The notes beneath the pieces were generated by a model. That model was not told where the DNA came from. It saw nothing but the letters and a program-made list of their open reading frames with translations, and did not search any database. This document shows positions 9,100 through 18,909 of a stretch of DNA of 63,595 bases, one piece after another; the first letter of the stretch is position 1; each line of letters starts with the position of its first letter. The position numbers and the translations under genes were made by a program. Source of the stretch: Candidatus Hydrogenedentota bacterium (GTDB taxonomy: Bacteria > Hydrogenedentota > Hydrogenedentia > Hydrogenedentales > SLHB01); the NCBI GenBank assembly GCA_903925285.1, contig CAIYET010000115.1:1-63595 (forward strand), given 5' to 3'.

Positions 9100-11769
9100 A
9101 TGCAACTAGCGCATTTGAACGTAGCCACAACCGCGCAAATCGCGCAACTAATGAAAACCAGCGCGAGCGTGCGCGCTATCGCGGCAACGTCATCGTCGCT
9201 CAAGCCAGGTATCCCGCACCAACCTGGGCGCGGTGATATACCGATGTCTTGGGCGCAGAATTTCATGCCACCTGGCTTCCCGCTGTCTCCCCTCGCTCCC
9301 CAACTGGGTGCCGCTCGCCAGCCCAACTATAACCAGAATCCGTCGTTAGAGCCGCGCGTGCAAAGTCGTTTGACGGCGCAAGCGGTCAGCACCGATTCAT
9401 CTGGGCGCACGCTTTACCAAGTCACCGATGACGAAGGCGCCTATCAGTTCGTCCCACGCGCTTATCAATTCCCACCAGCCGTCAATACCACGATCACGCC
9501 ACGCATTAGCTATGGTCTGATGTCGTTTGCGGATATTCAAGAACTGAGTTTCAGCACACCCGATGTCATGCTCTGCTGGAAGCTGCTCAAACGCGAGTTC
9601 AGCGGACTGAATCCTCATATCATTCACGATGACGGCGAACCTTGCACGGACAACAAGATCACGCGTTTGGCGCGCTATCCCGATGGCTACCACGGCATGA
9701 GCGTTTGGTTATCGCGCTGGTTCTACAACTCGGTGATTTACGGCGCACCCGCGCTGTATCTGCCGCGAGATCGCAAAACTGGGATGATCACCGGTCTCGT
9801 CAACGTCGATGGATCGACCATCTTCACGCTGATCGATGAAAATGCGGCGGTGCCGGCGCCACCTGCACCTGCGTTCTTGCAGATCATCTATGGCGTGCCG
9901 TATGGCTTTGCCAGCACGGAGCAACTTTGGTATAAACCGCAAGAGTTGCAAGTCAGTTCAGAGTATGGCATGGCGCTGGTCGAATCGGCGTATCTGCCGG
10001 CGATGCTGCTGAATAAAATCTGGCAGTATCAAACGGCTTGGTTCACCACGGGCACGATGCCCGAGTACGTCGTCAATGCTCCCCCTGGCTGGACCAATGA
10101 CCAGGTTGCCGCGTGGCTCGTCACCAAGTCGCAAGCGTTACAAGGCAATCCCGAACTGCGCACGCAGTTCGATGTCTGGCCCGCTGGCTTCACGCAAATG
10201 GCGAGCAAGAGCGTTGAATTTCGCAAAGATATTTACGACACGGCGAAGCGCGAGCTGATGGAGCACGCTGGCATCCCAATCGCAGAGGTCGGCGACACAC
10301 AGGGCCGCGGCGGACTGGGCGGCAAGGGCTTGATGGACGCGATGTCCCAGCAAGTGTTTCGCAAATCGTTTCTGCCGGCAATCAATGCGACGGCTGAACC
10401 GTTCAACGATGTGCTCGCGATCAACAAGCAAGAGTGCGATGACGGCGAGGTGTATCATCGCTTCGAGTGGAGCTTCCCAAAAGAAAGCATCGACCCCGCC
10501 AAAGAACGCGAGAAAGTAAATGAGGACTTTCAGAACGGCGGCTTGACGCTGGGCGAGTATCGCGAAGCCATCGGACAAGAACGCTTCAAGGATCAACGCG
10601 ATGACCTGATCTACTTGAAGGGCGGCGCCTTCATTGCGCCGGATGGCACGGTCTGGGCAAACGCTGGGAAGCAACAAGACCCAGGAGCGGATCCCGCGCA
10701 ATTCCCAGGCGTCCAGATTCCAGGGCAGAAACCACCGCAACCAAACGCGCAACACGCGCCCGGTCTCCCGCCCGGTGCTCCAAGCGGTCCAACGCAGGCG
10801 GCGGCTGATGCGCCAGGATCGGTTCAGAATCTATCCAAGTCCGCCGAGCATGATGGCGTGATCGCGTTGCGCGTGCCAGCGCCGATCGCGAATGACATCT
10901 TCCTGCAAGCGCAGGCGCAGATCAACGCGGGATTGGATGCGCTGGAGACGCCTGACCAATATGTTGCTTGGGGCGGCGAGTGGAATGACTTTGACCTAGC
11001 GAAGCGCGCCAACACCTTGGCAAAGCATTGCGGCGTGTGCCCGCCAACGGATGAGCAACCTGGGGACGATGCCTACTATGGCGCGCCCATCATGCGCAGT
11101 ACCACGGTGGATGCGCCGATCAATGGCGCCAACGGCACGGAGATCGTTGCGGTTTCACCCAAGGGTCTGGACTCGCGTCCATTCGCGTGGAAGCCCGAGG
11201 GCGATGAGAATGCCAAACTGAATGAACAGATCGGGCATCCCCAGTATTTGGCAGAAGAAGCGTGCTACCTGATCGACCGCACGCTGCAACTCTTCCTCGT
11301 GCCCGTGTCCTTTGTCGCCGAACTAGAGGGCGAGGGCGGCGCGGCGATTCACTGGGTCCTCAACAGCGGCGAGATCCTGCACGCGAACGACTACGCAGAA
11401 GACTGGGTGCAAGCGGCGGCTGTGCTCGATTTCATCTGTGGGCAAACGGATCGCACGCACAATCCGCACAAGTTGAACACCAACTATCTGACGCATCCCG
11501 ATGATCCAAGCCGTCCGATTCTGATCGACAATGGACTGGCGTTCCCAGTGGCAGAGAGTCCACGCAAGATTGCCAGTGACTTTATCAATGCCTGGGGCGA
11601 CCAACAGATCGATCCCGACCTGCTCGATGCGGTTGCCGCGTTGCGCGATAACACGGTCATCTGGAAGCGAGTCGCGCATCTCGTTGGTGCGGATCCAGTC
11701 GCGCAAGCGCTTGAACGCATCGACACGTTGGTCAGCGAAGGCGCGATTCCTGAGCAAGCGAGCGATTGA
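9100..11769 (+). CDS. Portal protein fused to a C-terminal PI3/4-kinase-like domain
   Basis: Portal-like core (LVNVDGSTI, AFLQIIYG, YGMALVE, WFTTGTMP, GLTLGEYREAIG), Pro/Gln linker, then FAWKP, EEACYLIDRTLQLFLVP, AVLDFICGQTDR and LIDNGLAFP. Confidence 0.8.
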   Translation: MQLAHLNVATTAQIAQLMKTSASVRAIAATSSSLKPGIPHQPGRGDIPMSWAQNFMPPGFPLSPLAPQLGAARQPNYNQNPSLEPRVQSRLTAQAVSTDSSGRTLYQVTDDEGAYQFVPRAYQFPPAVNTTITPRISYGLMSFADIQELSFSTPDVMLCWKLLKREFSGLNPHIIHDDGEPCTDNKITRLARYPDGYHGMSVWLSRWFYNSVIYGAPALYLPRDRKTGMITGLVNVDGSTIFTLIDENAAVPAPPAPAFLQIIYGVPYGFASTEQLWYKPQELQVSSEYGMALVESAYLPAMLLNKIWQYQTAWFTTGTMPEYVVNAPPGWTNDQVAAWLVTKSQALQGNPELRTQFDVWPAGFTQMASKSVEFRKDIYDTAKRELMEHAGIPIAEVGDTQGRGGLGGKGLMDAMSQQVFRKSFLPAINATAEPFNDVLAINKQECDDGEVYHRFEWSFPKESIDPAKEREKVNEDFQNGGLTLGEYREAIGQERFKDQRDDLIYLKGGAFIAPDGTVWANAGKQQDPGADPAQFPGVQIPGQKPPQPNAQHAPGLPPGAPSGPTQAAADAPGSVQNLSKSAEHDGVIALRVPAPIANDIFLQAQAQINAGLDALETPDQYVAWGGEWNDFDLAKRANTLAKHCGVCPPTDEQPGDDAYYGAPIMRSTTVDAPINGANGTEIVAVSPKGLDSRPFAWKPEGDENAKLNEQIGHPQYLAEEACYLIDRTLQLFLVPVSFVAELEGEGGAAIHWVLNSGEILHANDYAEDWVQAAAVLDFICGQTDRTHNPHKLNTNYLTHPDDPSRPILIDNGLAFPVAESPRKIASDFINAWGDQQIDPDLLDAVAALRDNTVIWKRVAHLVGADPVAQALERIDTLVSEGAIPEQASD

Positions 11770-11779
11770 GGTTGGATGT

Positions 11780-12601
11780 ATGAATCCAACGCTACGCCGC
11801 CCCATCCAAGCGCAGGTCAAACGCAAAACCGCGCTCGCGCTGAATCAATGGTATCAGAGCGTCTACCATTCGATTCGCTTTGTGCAAAAGCAAGAACCCG
11901 TCATCGACTGGGAAGCCGAAAAGAAAAAGTTTGAGGATGAACTGCTGGCGATCATGGCCTGGGCATCGAGCGAATACAGTCGCATCGAGGAAGACTTCTG
12001 GGCGCAGCGCGGGAAGATCATCTCACCCGACGCGCAGCGCATCCTCGACCAATACGAGATCGATGCCGGCAAGCGGCTCGCGCGAATCGGCGACACGACC
12101 GAGCGCAATACCAAGTCTGCCGTCGAAAACTGGGATGGGACGGATCGCAACGACTTGATCGCTGGCGTGAACCGCTGGTACGGCGAAGATCGCGCCGCCA
12201 ACATCGCCAAGATGGAAACGGGGTTTCTGCTGACGGCTGGCGCGCTCATCACAATGATGGCCATAGACACGCATCAGTGGATTTGGCGACACGGCGAAGA
12301 GTGCGACACGGGACCATGCGAGCTGATCTGCGCGCCGAATGAAGGCGAGGTGTTTTCATACGATGTGCCAATGCCGCCGATGAGCACTCATTACGGTTGC
12401 GACTGCTATGGCGAGCCATACGATCCAAGCATGGTCTTCGTGCCGGGCGGAGCGGTGGATGCGATCAACGCGCCGGCTGAACACGAAGTCAACATGGATC
12501 CACCTGGACTGGGAACGCCAGAGCATCATCTATGGACAAAGCAAGTCGTGCCTGGTGGGTTGAGACGCAGTCGAACGGAAAATACTCGGCGGCGACGCTG
12601 A
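11780..12601 (+). CDS. MuF/SPP1 gp7-like minor head protein
   Basis: RAANIAKMET, W..W, C..C and HYGCDC; directly after the portal. Confidence 0.75.
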   Translation: MNPTLRRPIQAQVKRKTALALNQWYQSVYHSIRFVQKQEPVIDWEAEKKKFEDELLAIMAWASSEYSRIEEDFWAQRGKIISPDAQRILDQYEIDAGKRLARIGDTTERNTKSAVENWDGTDRNDLIAGVNRWYGEDRAANIAKMETGFLLTAGALITMMAIDTHQWIWRHGEECDTGPCELICAPNEGEVFSYDVPMPPMSTHYGCDCYGEPYDPSMVFVPGGAVDAINAPAEHEVNMDPPGLGTPEHHLWTKQVVPGGLRRSRTENTRRRR

Positions 12602-13140
12602 AGAAATCGCAGGCGTTGACACGAACTGCAATCAAAGCCACATACGACAGAACCCAGGAAACGCTCGGCAAGATGGGCGTGAAAGAGCTAACCGTCTATC
12701 GCGGGATCGATGTGAACAAGAAGCTGTTTCCAGGAAGACAGTATATCCTCAAAAGCAACGCGCTCGAATCATGGTCAACTGATCCAAAGACTGCTTCAAA
12801 GTTTGGCGGCGCCGTGCTGAAAGCCAAGATTCCCGCGTCACGCATCTACAGCACGGCACGCACTGGACCAGGATGTTTGAACGAGTACGAGGTGATCATC
12901 ATCGGCAACAAGAAGGGAACGCGCGACTACGGAACGGTGGTGAGCAACGTCAAGCACGGTCTGGCGCCTTGGCAGAAGATGGTCAAGGCAGACGAACCAA
13001 ACGAAGACGATGTCATCGACTTGGCGAACGACACCAACTCGGACTGGATCAAACGCGTAGACGATGGCAAGAATCGCGACGAAGAACTCGAAACACACGC
13101 GCAACTCGCGCAAAAGAGTAAGGATGAACACATACAATGA
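12532..13140 (+). CDS. ADP-ribosyltransferase (R-S-E clade), probably the C-terminal module of MuF
   Basis: VYRG...ESWSTD...NEYEV; frame is open from 12481 and overlaps the end of MuF. Confidence 0.75.
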   Translation: MDKASRAWWVETQSNGKYSAATLKKSQALTRTAIKATYDRTQETLGKMGVKELTVYRGIDVNKKLFPGRQYILKSNALESWSTDPKTASKFGGAVLKAKIPASRIYSTARTGPGCLNEYEVIIIGNKKGTRDYGTVVSNVKHGLAPWQKMVKADEPNEDDVIDLANDTNSDWIKRVDDGKNRDEELETHAQLAQKSKDEHIQ

Positions 13141-13369
13141 CCAAGCTCGCTGCACTGCTTGCGGATCGACGCGGATCGCCGCCAAGTACTGCACGGGACA
13201 CGAGAAACCTGATCGCACGTTCGCCGATCCGCCAATCACGCATCACGCGCCGTTGATCCACCGAACTTGCAACAACTGCGGCTTCACCTGGGACGAACTG
13301 CCGATCAACTCGGCAACTGACTTTGGACCGAACAAGATCGCGAATGGCGATCTCAGCAAATCCGCCTAG
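13124..13369 (+). CDS. Small zinc-ribbon protein
   Basis: CTACG...CNNCG. Confidence 0.6.
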   Translation: MNTYNDQARCTACGSTRIAAKYCTGHEKPDRTFADPPITHHAPLIHRTCNNCGFTWDELPINSATDFGPNKIANGDLSKSA

Positions 13370-13384
13370 CGGACAAGGAGAATC

Positions 13385-13725
13385 ATGGCTTTCACAGGAA
13401 ACATTTCGGCGACCGTACTCAACGGCAAAACATTGAGCGGGAGCATTGATCTGACGGGCAACGTGCCCGTGGGTATTCTGCTGCCCGACGCATTGACGAG
13501 CACGACGATGACATTCAATCGCAGTGACGATGGATTCAAGTGGGTGCCTGTCTACACCTCATCTGCCCAGCTCTCAATCACGGTCGCGGCTGGACGCTAC
13601 GTAGGGCTGAAGCAAGACGAGGTGTCGCAACTGCGCGGCATCAAATTCTTGCAACTCGTGTGCGGAAGCACCGAGGCGCCGACCGCATCATCACGGTCGT
13701 GACCGTCGCGCAAAGCACTCTATAA
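13385..13725 (+). CDS. Beta-rich phage protein (possible head decoration), with a 1-nt frameshift near 13675
   Basis: AAGGAG RBS; SGSIDL...GILLP...TFNRSDDG; C-terminus GADRIITVV is in a shifted frame. Confidence 0.5.
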
Positions 13726-13727
13726 AC

Positions 13728-13755
13728 TTGACAGTTCAACCGCAAAGCATAAAAT
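13728..13755 (+). promoter_or_regulatory. Promoter for the glycosyltransferase island
   Basis: TTGACA-16 nt-TAAAAT. Confidence 0.5.
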
Positions 13756-13840
13756 GGAGCCGATGTGCGTTAGCAACAGGCGCATAGTCGCATAACACTA
13801 ACGCCGATGGCGTGAACGTCGCTCCATCAGAAAGGCAAGG

Positions 13841-14292
13841 ATGCAATACAAGATCACGGCGTCGAGACTGGCTCGGTGGGCAAGAGCGGAAACAAGATCG
13901 CGCCACTGGCAATGCACCAGATGGCGATGCAAGCGGTTGGTCTTCCAATCTCAATCGAATTTTCGACGCAAAAGATCGTCGGCTACGTCACGGCTGCAAC
14001 TGAGACGGAAGCCGGCGTTTCTATTGAGGGGCTGTGCAGCCGTAAAGCAACGGATCAGCACCTCATTTTCGTCGTGCCTGGGATGCGCATCAACAAGAAA
14101 CACAACGAAGGCAAAACCATCGTCATCGATGACATCACCATGTTCGGATTTGCGATCACGACTGACCCCGACGACGACAGTCTCACCCCAATCAAAGAAG
14201 AGGCGACAGAGCAAGACAAAGACTGGGATGCCACGCTCGAACTTATCACGGCGCAATCAACGTGGCTCAATCCAAGGCGATTTACCGAATGA
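13841..14292 (+). CDS. Hypothetical protein (frameshift near the start)
   Basis: RBS and ATG at 13841; main frame is 13876-14292. Confidence 0.45.
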
Positions 14293-15092
14293 GCCATAGA
14301 CTGAAATCCGTCAGCATTGTTGTTGGCACGATGAACCGCTTGCCATTGCTACAGCAGATGGTAGCGAGTGTATGCGAGGACATGCGCAACTTCTATGGAC
14401 GTTGGCAATTCGTGATCGTGGATTCTAGTGACAATCTGGAAACAGCCGACTGGATTACGCATCACAAAAGCGTTGGTTTCACCTATAAAAAGATGGAACA
14501 ACAAGGCGCCGTCGCCGCGTTCAATGCCGGCTTTGCATTGGCGCAATGCGACTTCGTCGTCGCGCTGAACGATGACTGCATCATCCATCCGCCGGTCATT
14601 CCAGTCGCGATCCAGATGCTTCAGAACGACCCGCAGATCGGTCAAATCGCGATCCCCTACAACGTGCCGACCAATAACGCGGCGGGGCATAGTGAGCTGC
14701 TGCTCCAACACATCAACGTCAATGGGCATGTGGTGATGTACGCCAATTTCAGCGTCATGCGGCGCGCGCTCGGAGCTGAACTGGGTTGGTGGCAAAACAT
14801 CTACCAGCAGTACGGCGGCGACACGCATCTATCCATCGCCGTCTGGAATGCGGGTCTCAAGGTCGTGGGGCTCAATCCACCTGGTTTCATCGAGCACATC
14901 GAAGCGATGGACGGCACCCGCCGTGGCAATGGCGGGGCGGATCGGCTCTTTGAATACTGGCAGGGTTGGGAAGGGCCAGATCGTTCTACATTAACCAAGA
15001 TGAGGCACGATGATGATGATAAATGTTATCACGGCACTGGCGTCCGCCAAAGACTTTCTAACCCAAGTCACGGAGCGCATTCCGCCCGGTGA
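14289..15092 (+). CDS. GT2-family glycosyltransferase
   Basis: VSIVVGTMNR, VIVDSSD, AFNAGF, VVALNDD and YGGDT. Confidence 0.85.
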   Translation: MSHRLKSVSIVVGTMNRLPLLQQMVASVCEDMRNFYGRWQFVIVDSSDNLETADWITHHKSVGFTYKKMEQQGAVAAFNAGFALAQCDFVVALNDDCIIHPPVIPVAIQMLQNDPQIGQIAIPYNVPTNNAAGHSELLLQHINVNGHVVMYANFSVMRRALGAELGWWQNIYQQYGGDTHLSIAVWNAGLKVVGLNPPGFIEHIEAMDGTRRGNGGADRLFEYWQGWEGPDRSTLTKMRHDDDDKCYHGTGVRQRLSNPSHGAHSAR

Positions 15093-15276
15093 AAAGCAAC
15101 GACATTCACTGACGCTGAACGATTCAGGGTTGGAGCTGACGCTGTTCGTTGGAAAATACTATCTGCCGATCTCGCTGAACGAAGCCGACTTGGTCGCCAG
15201 CGTGGACAGTCTAGTCAATGACATCGAGAGGATCTATCGCGATTTCACGAAACAGGAAGGCATCGATGCGAAATAA
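15010..15276 (+). CDS. Hypothetical protein
   Basis: 88 aa ORF within the operon. Confidence 0.55.
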   Translation: MMMINVITALASAKDFLTQVTERIPPGEKQRHSLTLNDSGLELTLFVGKYYLPISLNEADLVASVDSLVNDIERIYRDFTKQEGIDAK

Positions 15277-15378
15277 AATTATCTCAAGCAACTGGTTTGT
15301 CGCGCTGGTAGCACTCGCGTTTACAGGGATGGGTGTGGTCATCGTCAAGGCATTCATGGATGCACTCCGTATGCTGGG

Positions 15379-16656
15379 ATGGATTCAATGAACTCACCCC
15401 ATCTTTACGATTTCGGCGAAGAAAACTGGGAACGCAAACTGCATCTCGCGTGCGGCGGCATCTATCTGCTGGGGTACGAGAACTCGGACATTGTTGGCGA
15501 GGTGCGCGCCGCCGAGAACTTTGAGCCAAACCTCACTGACATCAAGGACTATTACGCTCGCCTCGATGGGTCGATCAGAAACCTGCCTGTGCGGCGCAAG
15601 ACCATTGTGGATCGCACGTTCAATTTCATCGATCCACCCTACGAACCTGGCACGGTCGATAAGATCGTGTGCATTCAAGCGCTGGAACACCTGAACCAAC
15701 AGAACGCGCATGCCACTCTCGCGCGCTGGTGGAACATCCTCAAGCCCGGTGGCGTACTGATCGTGTCGGTGCCACGCATGGACGATACGCTCGAGCTGCT
15801 GCACCAACCTGACCGCGCTGACTTTGCGCGCCGGCACCTCGAAGGATCGCGACGTGATATTCACAACGTCCACCAATCGTGGTTCAACGCGCCGGACATT
15901 GAATGGCTGCTTGACCATCACGGGTTTACCCGTGTTTCATTATTGCCTAACTTCCACCTTTATCCCGCGCTGGTCGTGCGAGCGGTCAAGGCAGATCGCT
16001 TCGTGCCAGATCGACGCTACCAGATGCCCCTGCCGCATTACGACGAAACCTGTAAAACCGTGCTCGATGTCGGACCCGGCGCCTACCCTTTGCCCATGGC
16101 CACGCATTGCTTCGATGTGAACGATCGCTATGAGGACTCGCGCCGCGTGCCGTGTGACATCGGCGATGTAGAACACCTGCCCTACGATGACAACGCATTC
16201 GATTACGTCTACTGCTCGCATGTGCTCGAGCATACGCTGGATCCGCTGAAAGCATTGCGCGAACTGCAACGAGTCGGCAAGCGCGGATATGTCGAAGTGC
16301 CGGCAGTCACCATGGACTTTCTTATGCAGCACGGCGATGCCCACACACGCGCTGACGGCAAGGCAGGGCGATGGATGTGCTTACCCATTCCAGGCGGCAT
16401 CGTCTTCGTCGAGCGGAGCGATCAACTGACCGACGCGGGATTCAATGACGCACGCTGGCGCAACCTGTGGCAGATGATCACGCAATACCAAGTGCCGCTC
16501 AACGCCAACGAGCAATTCTTTCGTGAATTTTTCTGGAGCCACCAAGACACACTCAATGTGTCGGCGAGCTGGAACAAGCCGACCATCAACAACGCGCGCG
16601 CGGTCGCACTGCACATCGTTGAAGATGGGCAAGCGGTACGCTGGGAGATCCTATGA
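15379..16656 (+). CDS. Tandem class I SAM-dependent methyltransferase (two domains)
   Basis: KLHLACGG...ALEHL...ILKPGG and VLDVGPG...LPYDDNAFDYVYCSHVLEH. Confidence 0.85.
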   Translation: MDSMNSPHLYDFGEENWERKLHLACGGIYLLGYENSDIVGEVRAAENFEPNLTDIKDYYARLDGSIRNLPVRRKTIVDRTFNFIDPPYEPGTVDKIVCIQALEHLNQQNAHATLARWWNILKPGGVLIVSVPRMDDTLELLHQPDRADFARRHLEGSRRDIHNVHQSWFNAPDIEWLLDHHGFTRVSLLPNFHLYPALVVRAVKADRFVPDRRYQMPLPHYDETCKTVLDVGPGAYPLPMATHCFDVNDRYEDSRRVPCDIGDVEHLPYDDNAFDYVYCSHVLEHTLDPLKALRELQRVGKRGYVEVPAVTMDFLMQHGDAHTRADGKAGRWMCLPIPGGIVFVERSDQLTDAGFNDARWRNLWQMITQYQVPLNANEQFFREFFWSHQDTLNVSASWNKPTINNARAVALHIVEDGQAVRWEIL

Positions 16657-16901
16657 TTCAAAACACGGCATCGCGATTCGGAAAGTTTTGCATAGCGCAT
16701 GGGCAAGCGATTGCAATGGCGTCAATCATCGAGGCGCAGACGCCAATCACGCAAGGAATTCGCGTTCAAGGCACAACTTTGGTGCGCTTTCACGACGATG
16801 AGAAGGGCGTCACCTGCTGGCAACCTCTTACATCGATAACGTCTCTTTCTAGCGCAAGTGCGGCAATCGCTTGTCTGCCGGACAAGGACTTGCTACGATG
16901 A
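16653..16901 (+). CDS. Hypothetical protein
   Basis: ATGA start/stop coupling at both ends. Confidence 0.5.
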   Translation: MIQNTASRFGKFCIAHGQAIAMASIIEAQTPITQGIRVQGTTLVRFHDDEKGVTCWQPLTSITSLSSASAAIACLPDKDLLR

Positions 16902-17473
16902 TCACCGTCACCGTCATGGCGCACACGAAAACAATGGCGAGCACCCTACCACATTTCCGCAAGATGTTTGCCAAGAACTGGCAAGGGCAATCCTTTACGA
17001 TTGCCGGTAGTGACAAGGTATGGAGCGATGCCGCCATCGATTATTTCAGCACCTTAGATGGAAACGTGACAGTGCTTATGCTCGACGACTATCTGCTGTC
17101 GGATCACGTGGATCATCACAAGGTCAACCTGTGTTGCAACTACCTGCGTGTTCATCTGGAAATTGGGTGCATTCGATTGAACCCGTGTCCTGGTCCAGAG
17201 ATGGACTATTCTGAATTTCCGTGGCTGGGCGAGTTCAGTCGAACCCAGGATTACATTCTCAGTTTGCAACCGACTGTATGGCGCGTGTCCTGCTTGATCG
17301 ATCTGATGCGCGAGGGTGAGAGTGCCCACGATCTCGAACGATTGGGACAACAACGCGCCCGCGACTCCAAATGGCGGTTTCTCGGAACACGCGAGAACCT
17401 GATCAGCATCAACAACTTGATGCGGATGGGCGACATCGATCCTGCGGTGCTCGACTGGGTGAATAGCCAGTGA
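16898..17473 (+). CDS. GT-A-like glycosyltransferase (short)
   Basis: VLMLDDY, IRLNPCPGP, SLQPTVW and GESAHDLE. Confidence 0.55.
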   Translation: MITVTVMAHTKTMASTLPHFRKMFAKNWQGQSFTIAGSDKVWSDAAIDYFSTLDGNVTVLMLDDYLLSDHVDHHKVNLCCNYLRVHLEIGCIRLNPCPGPEMDYSEFPWLGEFSRTQDYILSLQPTVWRVSCLIDLMREGESAHDLERLGQQRARDSKWRFLGTRENLISINNLMRMGDIDPAVLDWVNSQ

Positions 17474-18012
17474 ACTTGAACATCGACCTGACAGGCGTGC
17501 TCTTCTTGGATACCGAAACGACGGGTCTCGGATCCGATGACGAGATCGTTCAGATCGCCGTGCTCGACGTGAAGGGAACTGTCTTGCTCGACGAGCTAGT
17601 CAAACCTCACAAGCCCATCGGCGAGGATGTCATTAAGATTCACGGCATCACGGATAAGATGGTCGCTCATGCGCCGACCTTCGACCAAGTTTGGCTCAAG
17701 CTCTATCAAATGATCATCGCGCCAGCGCCATCGCGCATCTACGCCTACAACGCGGAATTTGATCGCCGCATGATTCTGCAATCTCTGCGAGCGTGCGGGG
17801 TCGATGAAAAGCAAGTCGTCATCGAAATGACGTGCGCCATGCGCTTGTATGCTCAAATCAAGGGTCTGCGCTGGGCAAAGCTGACTGATGCGCTCGCGCA
17901 ATGCGGGATCGCGCAACAAGCCAAGCATAATGCGGCGGTGGATGCGGACAGCGTTCGCAAGCTGATGCGGAAGATCGCAGGAATGGAACAAACCAATGCT
18001 AGTCATGAGTGA
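17470..18012 (+). CDS. DEDDh 3'-5' exonuclease (DnaQ-like)
   Basis: LDTETTG, IHGIT, YNAEFD and HNAAVD. Confidence 0.9.
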   Translation: MNLNIDLTGVLFLDTETTGLGSDDEIVQIAVLDVKGTVLLDELVKPHKPIGEDVIKIHGITDKMVAHAPTFDQVWLKLYQMIIAPAPSRIYAYNAEFDRRMILQSLRACGVDEKQVVIEMTCAMRLYAQIKGLRWAKLTDALAQCGIAQQAKHNAAVDADSVRKLMRKIAGMEQTNASHE

Positions 18013-18192
18013 ACTGACTCTGCTCTATCACGAAACACGCGTGGCCATTCGCTATGGCGAGACGTTGACATTCGGGTCAGACCACACACGCCTTTCGCTG
18101 TATGGCGAAGAGATTCACATTTCAAACTATCTTCCATTTGGCGCGGCGTACCAGATCGGCATCGATCCAGCCAGGCAACAAAGCGATCAAGA

Positions 18193-18600
18193 ATGGATTG
18201 GCGCGCAATTAAACTTCGGGCGGCACTGGTGAAAAAGATTTTCACCTACGCCACGTCGATGCGCCGCAACCGCGTCCCGGCTGAACAAAAGATGTTCGGG
18301 TTGCTGCGCGCCTGGCGCATCGAATTCAAGACCCAGGTCGTCATCGGTCATTACATCGCCGACTTCGTGATCGACAAACTGGTCATCGAACTCGATGGAC
18401 CAACGCACGTCGGGCGCGAGCAATACGACCGCGAGCGGGATGCTTATTTGCGGAAGTCTGGTTGCAATGTGATGCGATTTCCAAACCGCATTGTGTACGA
18501 AGACCCGCGCCAAATCAAAGCCGAGATCTTCAAGCAATACCCGATGCTGCAGGCGCGCGCGGCAATCCGCAAATCAAAACTATTCGGAAGGTGGACGTGA
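18193..18600 (+). CDS. DUF559/Vsr-like endonuclease
   Basis: YIADF...LVIELDG..H...DRERDAYL..SG..VMRF. Confidence 0.85.
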   Translation: MDWRAIKLRAALVKKIFTYATSMRRNRVPAEQKMFGLLRAWRIEFKTQVVIGHYIADFVIDKLVIELDGPTHVGREQYDRERDAYLRKSGCNVMRFPNRIVYEDPRQIKAEIFKQYPMLQARAAIRKSKLFGRWT

Positions 18601-18909
18601 TGGCATGGATCAAGACAGATGACCGACTCCCGCCCGGGCAAATGGGTTTTGGGTCGCCACAATCGAGGAACCTGGATTGACAGCGATGATCCTGAGAATG
18701 TGAACTGCGTTGTCGTCAAACTTAAAAAAGGCATCAGCCAGCGGGAACGCAATGGTCTTTCAGACGACGACTCAAGGAAACGTCTTTTCACGAGCGGCAA
18801 TAACCTTGTCCCGTACAGCTTTCACACGTTCGGACCCGACAATTTCTTTGGTCAAACTATTACTCTCTGGCAACCCATCGAAGAAGCGCAACAGGTGGAA
18901 TCCAGATGA
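18600..18909 (+). pseudogene. Hypothetical protein (MAWIKTDDRLP start), frameshifted
   Basis: N-terminus and body are in different frames, switching near 18635. Confidence 0.45.

Noticed and set aside
13756-13830. Possible tRNA or riboswitch in the leader after the promoter
   Set aside because: Some pairing (ATGGAGC/GCTCCAT) but no cloverleaf, T-loop or recognisable aptamer
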